From assembly GCF_006345805.1 (NCBI RefSeq), contig NC_043006.1, positions 103,540,001 to 103,604,000 on the forward strand: a stretch of 64,000 nucleotides of DNA, in the 5' to 3' direction. Shown piece after piece: positions 28,322 to 42,230 of the stretch. Origin of the DNA: Octopus sinensis (lineage: Eukaryota). Made by a program: the position numbers and the translations under genes. The notes under the pieces are model-generated. The model was not told the DNA's origin and did not search any database. It saw only the letters and a list, made by a program, of their open reading frames with translations. The first letter of the stretch is position 1; the number at the start of each line of letters is the position of its first letter.

Positions 28322-28757
28322 GGATCTTTTCGGTTTGAACGGCAGTTTTTAACATAATTTCTAGGTAACTAAAAAAATTTAAACTTCGTATACTGGTAGA
28401 ATGTGTTTATAAAACATCTTTTTCTCTTGGCTTTATTGAGAAAATTCTATAGTCTGTTGTTTTTTTTCTTCAATTTCTGCAATTTCAACCAATCACTGAC
28501 GTCTATTGAGGTAAAAAATATTCTGTGCCGTATGAGTATGTCTCTCGTTTAAGAAACAGATTGGGTTTATTTACATTTGTGAAGAAAAAAAAATACCGTT
28601 TCCCCACCTTAACCCTAACCCTAACCCTAACTAAGCCTAACTAAGCATAACCCTAAAACAGATTGAAATGCAATAGATCGCTACTAGGGTCATAATTATG
28701 GGTAACAATTTCATATGACATTGCTAGACAAATCTGCCGGTCAAACCGAAAAGATCC
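28322..28757 (-). mobile_element. Second copy of the Merlin-like MITE, opposite orientation
   Basis: Same TIRs; TSD AAATAGTT/CAATAGTT; internal CCCTAA run. Confidence 0.8.
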
Positions 28758-29130
28758 CAATAGTTTATTATCCGCCTAAAAGATTTGTCATAATCCCAAA
28801 GATAGTTGCTTCACAGGAAAATCTTTCAGTTATTCTTCAGACTAAAACTGCATTAAAGATCAAACATTCTCATGTGTGTTGTTTAGAGATATGATACTGA
28901 AGACGTTTAGGCGTTAGATGTTTTTGCTTGAGTGTAGATGAATATTTTACTGGTTCTGTGTATAACGGAATAGTTGTATATTTGACACATTCCGTAACAC
29001 TTTGGGGAACTTATAAAATATTGATAGCTCATAATATTTCTGTGTTTACGAATATCAGCGTTTATACATCATTGCACTACTTTCCTATCAATAGTTTACA
29101 TAATCTGCAACGCTTCCAATAGTATGTATA

Positions 29131-29170
<40 letters not shown>

Positions 29171-29189
29171 ATACATTCATATAATTATG

Positions 29190-29225
<36 letters not shown>

Positions 29226-29414
29226 ATATATATATAATATATAATATATATATATATATTATATATACATACATTCATATAATTATGTATATATATATAT
29301 ATATATTATATATATAATATATATATATACATACAGACATACATACATACATACATACAACATACATACATACATACTACCTACATACATACATACAACC
29401 ACATACATCATACT

Positions 29415-29872
29415 ATATTGTTTATTTCGGAATCGTCATTTTGCCAGTTTAGTCAATAAAAACATACGCACTATATTATACGAACGTGTATAAACAGAAG
29501 ATACACTTATTACAGACATTTCTCCCCACACACACACTAACTAAACATAGACGCACATAGAAATATACGCATGCGCAAATGAAGACACATACAATAGAAA
29601 TACAAAATGCCTGACGGTTAGTAAGGAGAGACACACAAATAAGAAAGAAGAAAGCAAAGGACCACTGATGCGGTCACAGGAGTGTGACGACAGAACTCTG
29701 GCCAAAATAAGATTAAGATTAGCGTAATAAATAAATAACACTGAAGCAAAGTAACACCAAATATATAGTGCGTGTGTTTTTATTGGCTAAACTAGCAAAA
29801 TGACCATTCCGAAATACAACAATATCTGTTTCAACACACGATTTCACATAAAAAATCTTGCTCAACAAATGT
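29415..29872. mobile_element. PLE-like remnant with ~60-bp inverted repeat (29415-29476 / 29763-29825); related copy 57270-57450
   Basis: Inverted duplication; AAATCGTGTGTTGAAACA.ATATTGTTGTATTTCG shared with 57299-57335; microsatellite flanks. Confidence 0.55.
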
Positions 29873-29878
29873 ATATAT

Positions 29879-29976
<98 letters not shown>

Positions 29977-30597
29977 GTGAGTGTATTTTTGCCTTCTTAA
30001 CAATTAACACGGAAAAAAAAATATAGTTACCAGGGTAAGATTGCATTGTTTATATATATATTGTTTATACCATTTATTCTTTTGAATAATATCAGTGGAA
30101 TTTTCGAAACATGTGTCGAAAGTAGAAATTTATACCTGCGTTAAACCCCATTTATTTATTCATATATATATATATATATATATGACAATGTGTGTATATT
30201 TGTGCTTGTTTATACATGCCTGTGTGTATATAAGCAAAAATATAAGTATCTATATCCGTATAACTAAAACTCCTCAGTGTTATTCATATCGTCTGATAGA
30301 AACGTAATATTAAGTTCCCTGTTAAGAGTATTTGTATACTCTTAAGTTTTCTATGACAATGTAAATATTTCTCTGTTGACTTATTTCCTTCATATAAATA
30401 TTGCTAGTCGTAATCAATTTTTAATTTGCTATTGAGCACTCTTTGTGAAAATTGACTCGATCTTTATATAAATTTATATGTCAATTGCGAAAAATATATG
30501 AATTTATTATGCATATGTATATGTATCTCTCTCTCACTCTCACTCTCTTTCTGTCTGTCTATCTGTCTCTGTCTGTCTGTCTGTCTGTCCCTCTCTC

Positions 30598-30688
<91 letters not shown>

Positions 30689-30690
30689 TA

Positions 30691-30730
<40 letters not shown>

Positions 30731-31064
30731 TATATATATAATATATATATATATATACATATATTTATATACACCACGTCTGTGTGTCTTTGTACATGCA
30801 TGTATATATATAGAGAGAGACAACATATATATCAGGATGTTTTTCTTACAAAAGTGAAAATATTATAATTTCATATATTCATTCGTTTCTGATGCAAGAC
30901 GGAAGACCTATCCGCTACAACTATGAGAGCTGTAACTAGGGGGAGCACGAAACACTGAAAAAGTTCAATCAGTAGATTTGGAAGCAGGTCTCATATGCTG
31001 TTGGTTTTTACGCTCACCAGCCCGTAAACGACCGAAAATGGCCAGGATGACGATCCTACGCTGC

Positions 31065-31515
31065 TCATCATCATCATCATCATCATTGTTCGACCGTGGT
31101 CGAGACAATGGAATTCACTATGCCACGCCAGACTTCACGGTCCACCATAGCATTACGGAGGTTCTGTTGCTGGATGCTTGTATCGCTCAAGATTACATCA
31201 GGGTAGGAGAGTGTGCGCCCTCACGTATCGCGAGCAGATGACTTCCAGAGAAGAAGAGTAGAAAAATTGCCTCGTTTTCAGCTCTACCACAATTTCCAGC
31301 AAACTGGACTCTTCTACCTTTCACAATAGACGACGTAAGTGGTAGTTTCCAATATATTTGTACTTTGGTTGGATGACGCTTCCATGAGAGATTTTGAGCT
31401 CTCATAAGGAGGCGAGTGTAAGTTGGATCCCACCGCCTCTCAGGCTTCTTTGATAACGTCCAGGTTTCTGAGCCATATAGTAGAATTGGTTCGACTGTGG
31501 CTTTGAAGATTTTTT
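31065..31515 (-). mobile_element. 3' end of an RTE-clade LINE
   Basis: IFKATVEPILLYGSETWTLSKK..YTRLLMRAQNLSWK..RRVQFAG..AMVDREVWRGIV; (GAT)n tail. Confidence 0.85.
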
Positions 31516-31691
31516 GAAGATTTACTTTTGTGCATCTACTACGCTGCTAGTAGATGCACCACATGGCCTTGCTACGAAAATCGAAAAGAAACGCATGGAA
31601 GAATAGTAGCAAACTGCTGAGGATGGGGAAAAAGAAGGTTAGCTTCTCGAGCCAAACCGACTCACAACGGTCGGTTTCCTGTTGACTCTCT

Positions 31692-32100
31692 CTTTTTACT
31701 CTTTTACTTGTTTCAGTCATTTGACTGCGGCCATGCTGGAGCACCGCCTTTAGTCGAGCAAATCGACCCCAGGACTTATTCTTTGTAAGCCCAGTACTTA
31801 TTCTATCGTCTCTTTTGCCGAACCGTTAAGTGACGGGGACGTAAACACACCATCATAGGTTGTCAAGCAATGCTAGGGAGACAAACACAGACACACAAAC
31901 ACATACACACACACATATATATATATATACATATATACGACAGTCTTCTTTTAGTTTCCGTCTACCAAATCCACTCACAAGGCATTGGTCGGCTCGGGGC
32001 TATAGCAGAAGACACTTGCCCAAGATGCCATGCAGGGGGACTGAACCCGGAACCATGTGGTTGGTTAACATGCTACTTACCACACAGCCACTCCTGCGCC
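31692..32100 (-). mobile_element. SINE family A
   Basis: Reverse complement of the 18520-18915 consensus over its full length. Confidence 0.85.
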
Positions 32101-32214
32101 TATATATTTCCCACTGAAAAGGGACGCCGGCCAGTCGCAAGGAACAAAAGAGGTACCTTTTCGAGTCAAACCGACTCATAAGTGTAGGTTTTTCCTGTTT
32201 CCATTGCGTATGTA

Positions 32215-32400
32215 TTCCGACCTGGACAGGACACCGTTCTGTACGTGAATTACTCATTTGTGCCACCTTGGTGGACTGAAGCAACATGAAATGAAAGGTC
32301 CTGCTCCAGAACACAACGCGTCGCCCGGTTCAGGAATCGAAACCACAATCTGACGACCATTCGTCCAACACACTAACCACTAAGTGACACGCCTCCACGC
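32215..32400 (-). mobile_element. SINE family C 5' part
   Basis: Minus head GTGGAGGCG..TAGTGGTTAG..GGTTTCGATTCCTGAACCGGGCG. Confidence 0.7.
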
Positions 32401-32578
32401 AAAAGATGATAGGAAGAAAGGAGAAGTAAAATTCCTGAAAAAGAAACATATACTTAAGAGTAAATGGTGCAGGGGGTCCGATGATGAGTCAGATTTAAAA
32501 ACAGGTATAATTGTTGCAGTATTTCACGAAGAAAAGGGAAAAACCGAGGATAACTTAAAAAAGAAAACGATTACCCTG

Positions 32579-32711
32579 CATCATCACTATTACATATATC
32601 ATCATCATCGTCGTCATCACCATCATCATCGTCATCACCATCACCATCACCATTATCATCATCATCGTCGTCGTCGTCGTCGTCGTTATCATCATCGCCA
32701 TCATCACCATC

Positions 32712-32742
<31 letters not shown>

Positions 32743-32756
32743 CCATCACCATCACC

Positions 32757-32788
<32 letters not shown>

Positions 32789-32836
32789 CATCATCACCAC
32801 CATCACCATCACCATCATCATCATCATCACTATCAC

Positions 32837-32867
<31 letters not shown>

Positions 32868-32874
32868 GTCGTCG

Positions 32875-32911
<37 letters not shown>
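32579..32911. repeat. (CAT)n/(CAC)/(CGT) trinucleotide microsatellite
   Basis: ~110 triplets; yields spurious poly-His/Met/Asp ORFs. Confidence 0.95.
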
Positions 32912-32912
<1 letters not shown>

Positions 32913-33268
32913 GGTGTAATTGTACAAAACCAGTATTTGTCAATGTAATTTTTTTGTTATAGATTTTCTATGATTTATAAATGAAAACGTAAACCTGATA
33001 ATTGAAGGGAAGGCCGGAAATTAAACTATTTAGTCCTTCTAAATAACTAAATCTATCTATCCTCAAGCCTCACGTGACACTCTATTGAACAAACAACCGA
33101 CGGAAGATAAATGTTATTTCTTGTAATTGTTAATCCGTGTACAACACTCTATAATAACAATAGTTTATCTATATTTCTAACACACACACACACACACACG
33201 CACAAACACACACACGCACACACACATACACACATTTAATACATGCATACATATATATATATGTGTAT

Positions 33269-33312
<44 letters not shown>

Positions 33313-33485
33313 GGAGGTGGAGGAGGGGGAGAGATAGATAGTTAGATAGATGTTCACATATATATTTATAAATGTGCATACAATAATACGCCATACATGC
33401 ATGCACACGCGCAGACACAGTTAACTATCTATCTATCCATCTATATAACTATATCTATTTTCTATATATTTATCTACACACACAC

Positions 33486-33521
<36 letters not shown>

Positions 33522-33599
33522 CAGTGTGTGTATATATACTATATATATATATCTATCTCTATACATGTATATGTACATGTATATATATATATATATTCT

Positions 33600-33799
33600 C
33601 TTTTATTCTTTTACTCTTTTACTTGTTTCAGTCATTTGACTGCGGCCATGCTGGAGCACCGCCTTTAATCGAGCAAATCGACCCCAGGACTTATTCTATC
33701 GGTCTCTTTTGCCGAACCACTATATCGGTCTCTTTTGCCGAACACACCAGCATCGGTTGTCAAGCAATGCTAGGGGGACAAACACAGACACACAAACAT

Positions 33800-33864
<65 letters not shown>

Positions 33865-34035
33865 CATATATACGACGGGCTTCTTTCAGTTTCCGTCTAT
33901 CAAATCCACTCACAAGGCTTTGGTTGGCCCGAGGCTATAGTAGAAGACACTTGCCCAAGATGCCACGCAGTGGGACTGAACGCGGAACCATGTTGTTGGT
34001 AAGCAAGCTACCTACCACACAGCCACTCCTGCGCC
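33600..34035 (-). mobile_element. SINE family A
   Basis: Full-length match to the family consensus with internal microsatellite. Confidence 0.85.
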
Positions 34036-34057
34036 TATGTATGTATCTATGTATCTA

Positions 34058-34103
<46 letters not shown>

Positions 34104-34147
34104 CTATCTATCTATCTATCTATCTATCTATATATATAGATATATGT

Positions 34148-34218
<71 letters not shown>

Positions 34219-34219
<1 letters not shown>

Positions 34220-34868
34220 TAATTTATTATATAGAAGGAGCTTCTACAGGACTAGAACTGTTTCATTCAAGAGAAATCTTCAGGAAGCTAGTTAATAAGA
34301 ATTGTATTGGCATTTATACATTTAGGCAGGTTTATAGGGGTGGTGGTGGGGGACTTTTTGGGGGTAGGCATAGCGCAAAAAATCATACTTGGGGGAGTGG
34401 TCAAGGAGTCAGTGGTAAATTAGATAGAAGAATAAATAAAAGAATAAAAATATAAGAATAAAAAAGAATAAAATACAAAAATATATAGAAGAATAGAGTT
34501 TTAGGTAAATAAGGAAATTCTCAACACACACACAAAAACATACACACATACATACACACACACCCATATATATATATATATATACACACACACATATACA
34601 TACATATATCTACATATATATATATACACATATACATATACATATACATACATACACATATACATGCATATACATATACACACACACATGTATATATACA
34701 CACACACGACCACACATACACATACACACAAAAAAATATATACATACACACACATACACATACACACATACACACACATATCCACATACACACATGCACA
34801 CACAAGACACAAGTCCCTATATACTCATATATACATATACACATATATGTATGTATACACACACACAC

Positions 34869-34900
<32 letters not shown>

Positions 34901-35643
34901 CATACATATGTGTACCCATTCACACACATATATGTATGCATACACACACACATATATACACATATATACACACACATACATACATATGTGTACCTATTCA
35001 TACCTACACATACACACATATATACATACAATTACAAACCCATTCCCTAATTTCAATTTTATTATCTTCATTTATTACTTTTGTTATCTTTGACCGCTGG
35101 TCACAAACATCTTGGCTAGTCCCTTTTATCTTTCTACTTGAGCACAAGCACTCACTCACGCACGCACACTCATTAGCACGCATACACACTCTCATTCGTA
35201 CACTCATACACATACACGCACGCACGCGTTATATTCATACATACATACATCTACATACATACACGTATATACACATACGTACGCGTACCTACAGATTCAT
35301 GTCTACAATCTTAGAAGACTAGTCTATACATATACACACCAATATATATACACACACATACATATACACCTACATAACAAATACATACATATATATATTA
35401 CACACATATATATATACATACACATATACACATACACACATATATATATATACATATATATATATACACATATATACATATATATACATATATATATATA
35501 TATACATATCCGCATACATACATACATACATACACCCATACATACATACATATATTCACACATACACACACCCACACGTATACATATACATACATATACG
35601 CGCATGCATACACATACAAATACATACACATACACATATACAT

Positions 35644-35676
<33 letters not shown>

Positions 35677-35766
35677 CACACACATACATATACATACACA
35701 CATATACATATATACACACACACATACATACACATATACACATACACGCACATACACATATACATT

Positions 35767-35822
<56 letters not shown>

Positions 35823-36077
35823 CTTATACATACACACTTCACATACACACATACACATATGTACACATACACACACATATTCACATATATATATGTCCAT
35901 ATATATATATATATAGATATATATATATATATACATACACATATATATACACATATATATGTGTATATATACACACACATATATATACCCATCTACGATC
36001 TGTATATACACACACATACATGCACATACACATAACTCTACATACCTACATATACATCGACATACTCGCGTACACTC

Positions 36078-36110
<33 letters not shown>

Positions 36111-36269
36111 CACATACACACACATATACACACATATACATATATATATATATACATATATATATAAATAGATATATATATATATATACACACGCACATA
36201 TATACATATATATATATACACACACACACACATACACATACATATACATATATACATATATACATATAT

Positions 36270-36314
<45 letters not shown>

Positions 36315-37195
36315 AATATATATATATATATCAACAATTGAGGGTAAAGTTAATTAGTTATTAATCAATTCCACCAAGTATTCAGTATGTAAAAGGACCA
36401 TTATTTTTTTGAGTAAACATTGTCTGAGAGAAAATTTTCTTTAAGTAGTGGAAAAGGCTAAAAAACTTATTTGGCTGCTATTTCTAGAAAGTTCAGTATG
36501 TGGCAAAGTAATTTATTTTACTAAGCCCTAATTATATAATATTTTATATATACATACACATACATATACATATATACATATATACACATACATATGCATA
36601 CACACAATATACATATATACATATATACACACACACATACACACACATACATATATATATTTTTTTTTTTACATACATACACACACACACACACATAATA
36701 CATGCGTATATTCCTACTATACCCATACATTTCTATACATATATACGATACACATATACAAGCGTGCACATACAATATGTGAAAGGTCCTAGGAGAAAAG
36801 GTAGTCGGGGGTGCTAGGGGAACGGTGGGATTGGGGGGGTTTGTGGGTGGGGTGTCATCAATCTGGTTGCCGGGTAGGTCTATAGTTCTTGTAGTTTGCA
36901 TAATTCTTATGCATGCAATTTGGGGAGTGTTCTGAAATCTTGACCACTCCCCCAAGTATGATTTTTTTGCGCTATGCCTACCCCCAAAAAGTCCCCCACC
37001 ACCACCCCTATAAACCTGCCTAAATGTATAAATGCCAATACAATTCTTGTTAACTAGCTTCCTGAAGATTTCTCTTGAATGAAACAGTTCTAGTCCTGTA
37101 GAAGCTCCTCCTATATAATAAATTAATTTTACTCTGCTATGTATTGAGTACCTTATTTACTGTGGTTAACCTCGAATCAACCCGGGACCTACATA
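34219..37195. mobile_element. PLE-like locus: ~187-bp inverted arms (34219-34405 / 36939-37127) enclosing low-complexity DNA and other PLE fragments
   Basis: Arms nearly identical in reverse complement, each with a hammerhead; (AT)n flanks; 36330-36540 belongs to the 1376 family. Confidence 0.7.
37056..37106 (+). ncRNA. Type-I hammerhead ribozyme (inverted copy 34239-34289 minus)
   Basis: AGCUUC-CUGAAGA-UUUCucuuGAAU-GAAACAG-uucuaguc-CUGUA-GAAGCU: 6-bp stem I, short stem II, closed stem III ACAG/CUGU, GUA triplet. Confidence 0.8.
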
Positions 37196-37347
37196 TATAT
37201 ATATAGATATATATATTTCGAATAAGCAAACAATTTTGCCCCTGTTTACTAGCTAACCCTGTTACAAAAAATACGCAAATTACCTTCACATCTGAAACTA
37301 GTATCTGTCTTTATAAATGCATTATTTACGTATGTCTTTTTTTTTTT

Positions 37348-38560
37348 ACCACGCCGGACAAAATGCTAAGCATTTCGTCCGCCTTTACGCTGTGAGTTCA
37401 AATACAGCCGAGGTCGACTTTGCCTTTCATCCCTTTCTGGGTTGGTAAATTAAGTACCAGTGAAGCACTAGGGTAGATTTATTGAACACCTCCCTCCCGC
37501 CCCGAAAATTTCAGGTCTTTTGTGGAAAAGATTATTTATGCTAGTGTTGAGACGTCAAGCTCCCGGAACACTCAGCACGCCGGGCAAAATACATCCGGCA
37601 TTTCGTCCGTTTTTACGTCCTTTGTTCAAATTCCGCCGAGGTCAACTTTGCCCTTTATCTTCTCAGGGTCGATAAAAAAAGTACCAGTGGAATGCCGGAG
37701 TCGATGTAATCGATTCATCCCCTCCCCCGAAATTACTGAACTCGTGCCAATCTTTGAAGGCATTATTTGTTCTAATGGTAAGGCAGATTCTTTAGTACCC
37801 ATTTTGGGGTCCATAAATTAAGTACCTGTCATGTACTGAGGTTGATGTAAAATATCATACCTTGTGCTTTAGTAGAATTGACTATTTATAGTAATGCAAG
37901 GCGGTGAGCGAGCAGATTCATTAACGCCGGACAAAATACTAAGTGGCACGTCTTCTGAATTTATGGTGTGAGTTGAAATTCTGCCGAAGTTTACTTTACA
38001 TTTCAACATTTTGGGGTCGATGAAATAATATCAGTCGAGCACTGGGTTCAATTTAATCAACTAACACCACCCCACTTCACACACAAATTTCAGACCTTGA
38101 GTCCATCATAGAAAGAAAAAAATATTTATGCAAATGTACAGGTACCGGTACATTAATTAACTTTAATATTTATTTAATGTTTAAGGCAGTGAGTCGGGAA
38201 AAATACTTAGCAGCATTTCGTCAGTCGCTACGTTCTGAGTTCGAAATCCGCTGAGGTCGACTTGCCTTTCATCCTTTCGGGGTCGATTAAATAAGTACCA
38301 GTTACACACTGGGGTCGGTATAATCGACTTAATCCGTTTGTCTGTCCTTGTTTTTCCTCTCTGTGTTTAGCCCCTTGTGGGTAGTAAAGAAATAGGCATT
38401 TCGTCAGTCGCTACGTTCTGAGTTCGAAATCCACCGAGGTCGACTTTGCATTTCATCCTTTCGAGGTCGATGAATTAAGGACCATCTGAGTACTGGGGGA
38501 TCGATATAATCTCTTATTCTTTCTTTCAAAACGGCTGGCCTTGTGACAAAGTTTGAAATT
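37348..38560 (+). mobile_element. Cluster of ~5-6 co-oriented SINE family B copies/fragments
   Basis: Repeated GAGTTCAAAT..CCGAGGTCGACTTTGCCTTTCATCC..AAGTACCAG blocks at ~37390, 37625, 37800, 37970, 38235, 38420. Confidence 0.8.
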
Positions 38561-38868
38561 AATATTCATCTAATTTTGAGTGTACTGAGCAAGCTGAACA
38601 TCGGAAAAATTGGTACTCCTGAGGCAATTTGGCCAAAAGTTCCATAAAATCAATGACTTGCTTCTATCTATAAATTAACAAGCAAGAACTCGGTATATTT
38701 GACCGATATGTCATGTATAAAAGTCTCTCCGGTCATTTATTAGTACTAGTAATCGCTAGTATCTTATTTGTATCGTATATATCTTCGTCTTTTGTTTATT
38801 ATATGTTAAGATCTCTCATTTCATAACCACAAATATTACGCCAAAATCCTTACAATATTTTGTATCTG

Positions 38869-38952
<84 letters not shown>

Positions 38953-39054
38953 GCTATCTATCTACCCACCTATCCATCTATCTATCTACAAATCTATCTA
39001 TCTATCTACCCATCCATCCATCCATCCATCCATCCATCCATCCATCCATCCATC

Positions 39055-39096
<42 letters not shown>

Positions 39097-39102
39097 TTAT
39101 CA

Positions 39103-39195
<93 letters not shown>

Positions 39196-39520
39196 GAAAT
39201 AAGTATTAGTGTATAATAGAGTAGAAAATCATAGCTAATATTTGATAAGTAATGAAGAGTAATGGAGCCGAAATGGTGAGGAATAATTGAAATATTGTCA
39301 TAGAAATAAAAGTACTTAAATATAATACCCGCTATTTAAATGTTAAGTGTAGTTTCGATGATCATAAAGCTTTGTATAAATATGAATAATATATTTTACA
39401 GACTATCTATCTTTGTTTAGGAGAACATTTTCGTGATGGTAATCTATTATGAATTATTTACGATTTTTATTTCGTAAGTTTAAAGTAGTATGTCTGTGTG
39501 CCCCACGAAATCCCCATACA

Positions 39521-39551
<31 letters not shown>

Positions 39552-39556
39552 TTATT

Positions 39557-39658
<102 letters not shown>

Positions 39659-39739
39659 TTTTAGTAAGCCCTGCTTTTCCTTCGTGTTTCACCTAATTGA
39701 CCACAGGTTCAGCAGGCAAAGTTATAACTCATAACTTAC

Positions 39740-39818
39740 CTTCTGTACCTGAGAGTACTCAGCCGAGTATCCAGAGTAACAATTGAACTATCCAAAAAGA
39801 GATGGAATTCTCATTTTT
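39740..39818 (-). pseudogene. Candidate disabled signal-peptide-encoding exon
   Basis: ttgactaacAG | aaaaATG..CAGAAG | GTAAGT; with one extra T it reads MRIPSLFWIVQLLLWILG*VLSGTE-G (phase 1). Confidence 0.3.
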
Positions 39819-39886
39819 CTGTTAGTCAACACTAAACTTGTATGTATGTAAATAGATTTATATTTATATATGTGTATATATATATA

Positions 39887-39953
<67 letters not shown>

Positions 39954-40034
39954 CAGGGAAAATCAGATTAAAGTAGTATGTCTGTATGCCCCACGAAATC
40001 CCCATACATACATACATACATACATACATATTTA

Positions 40035-40080
<46 letters not shown>

Positions 40081-40386
40081 TGTGCGTGCGTGGGTGTGTT
40101 TGCGTGTGTGTATGAGTGTGTTTTTGTATGTATGTGTGTGTGTAGATGGATACGATGATGTGTGTGCGATAATATTTCTGTTGCTGATGCTGCTGTGTTT
40201 GATCCCAACCCAACTCTCATCATATGGACCTAAGAGAATAATTGTACCCTTTTAATAAATATTGTGTACCAATTTTGTCTAGGGTTACACAAGACATCGT
40301 CCTTTCGAATTTTTATAAAGACGATAAGGTATTATATAAGACAGATTTCGTTACTTCATCATGTAGATATATGTAGTGTTATCTAC

Positions 40387-40800
40387 AGGCGGCGAGCTGG
40401 CAGAATCGTTAACACACCGGGCGAAATTCCTAGCGGTATTTCGTTTGTCGTTACGTTCTGAGTTCATATTCCACAGAGGTCGACTTTGTCTTTCATCCTT
40501 TCGCGGTCGATAAATTAAGTACCAGTTACGCACTGGCGTCGATATAATCGACTTAATCCGTTTGTCTGTCCTTGTTTGTCCCCTCTGTGTTTAGCCCCTT
40601 GTGGGTAGTTAAGAAATAGGTATTTCGTCTGCCGCCACGTTCTGAGTTCAAATTCCGCCGAGGTCGACTTTGCCTCTCATCCTTTCGGGGTGGATAAATT
40701 AAGTACCAGTTACGTACTGGAGTCGATGTAATCGACCTAATCCATTTGTCTGTCCTTGTTTGTCCCCTCTGTGTTTAGCCCCTTGTGGGCAATAAAGAAA
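40387..40800 (+). mobile_element. SINE family B head-to-tail dimer with a single TSD
   Basis: Two units (second lacks the 5' head); ATATGTAGTGTTAT flanks both outer ends. Confidence 0.85.
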
Positions 40801-41879
40801 TATATATGTAGTGTTATATACTGATAGGTTTTTAACTGACACATTTGGTTGGTTGATAGCAGTTAACAAAACGTCATTGACAGAAGAGGAATTTTATCGG
40901 ATTGCATTCTTGTGGAAGAGGAATTAGTACAATTATTGTCTAAGACGTTAGGAGAACCCGAAGGGCATAAAACAAGAAGCGTAATGCCTTGGTAAAATTA
41001 GTTGACAATCCTTAGTCGTAGTGCTATTCTTACTGAAAAAAAATCAGTGATAGAAAATTATTTTTGGAATTCAGAAATAAATGTTTTCTCATCAGATTTA
41101 CTTAATTTACTTTTTAATTACTTGCCATATATTTGATTTGTTAAGAACATTTTAAATCGAGTGAAGATTTTTTATTCTTCTGAAACGCTTAGTTTCCTAA
41201 GTTAATCAAATTTTGTAATTGAGCAAACCTTATTAACACATGAATATTATCTTGGCTTCGTGGTATCTTTTTGTTTTACGTCATTAGTTTTAATTTCATC
41301 AAATAATCTTAGCAATCAAAGAGACTATTATATCGTAAATTATAGTAATATCAATAGAGTAGAAAGTTCACTGATGAGTTAGAATGTGTTTTGAAAAATG
41401 TCACCGTCTTAAAAGATTTGTCTCAATGCATAAAATATTATGAATACATATTTTCATGGTAACACCTACGCAGGTGTCTCGTAAAATAGTTAAATGTAGT
41501 CGCATCGAATGAATCAGCTATTTGTGGTCTATCATCGCACTAGAAATAGCAGAGAAATCAAGGTCAGACCTAAGATCCCGTTTGAAATGAGGCAATGACC
41601 GTGTAGATACAATAATTATTCGTATTCCATAAAAATCGTGTTTGTCACGGCTAAAATGTCGTTTATCATAGATGCTTTTGATTAAGATTGCATTTCAGTT
41701 CGCTAAACAACTACAGAGTATGTGACGACGTCGTACAGGATGGGGTGGACATCGACGAATACGGTTAGGAATTGGCTAATATGTTTCCGTTAACGTTCGC
41801 TTTGTGGACTATTGTGTATAACTTCCAGTGGTTCCTTGCCTGTCTCTGCTAACAATTTTCAATACCATTTGAAAAGTAA

Positions 41880-42230
41880 CTTCAAACTCGATTTTTGCGG
41901 AAATGCAGTTCGACAGTTCTTTTCTCCCAGATACGAGGAGAGCGACGAAGCACTTCTGCATGCACTCGTTCAGAGTTTGAGCATTACTGATTCATGGGCT
42001 TATGTCGAGCACCAACTGTCATGCGTGGGACAGATCCATTTATCAACCGAATATATTCTTATAAATGTCCCACCACCCTTCTATTATTATTCAAAGGAAG
42101 CAGTTTTCGTTTTTTGACTATGGTTATAAAAAGACGATGCGTGGTAGGCGAAGCTGAAAGGTTTGAATTAGGACGATTTGTTTTCTTCCATGGAGAACTG
42201 TCATTGAATTCTTTAAGTTTAACTTGATAA
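41880..42230 (+). mobile_element. Old Tx1/L1-like LINE zf-RVT fragment
   Basis: PRYEESDEALLHALVQSLSITDSWAYVEHQLSCVG, homologous to the 27235 and 55350 copies. Confidence 0.65.

Noticed and set aside
32384-32962. 192-aa poly-histidine ORF (and poly-Met/poly-Asp on the minus strand)
   Set aside because: Translation of a (CAT)n microsatellite that begins in a SINE; no splice or domain context.
41370-41402. CUGAUGA..GAAA in the triplicated unit
   Set aside because: No stem I complement, and the motif is lost in the second copy.
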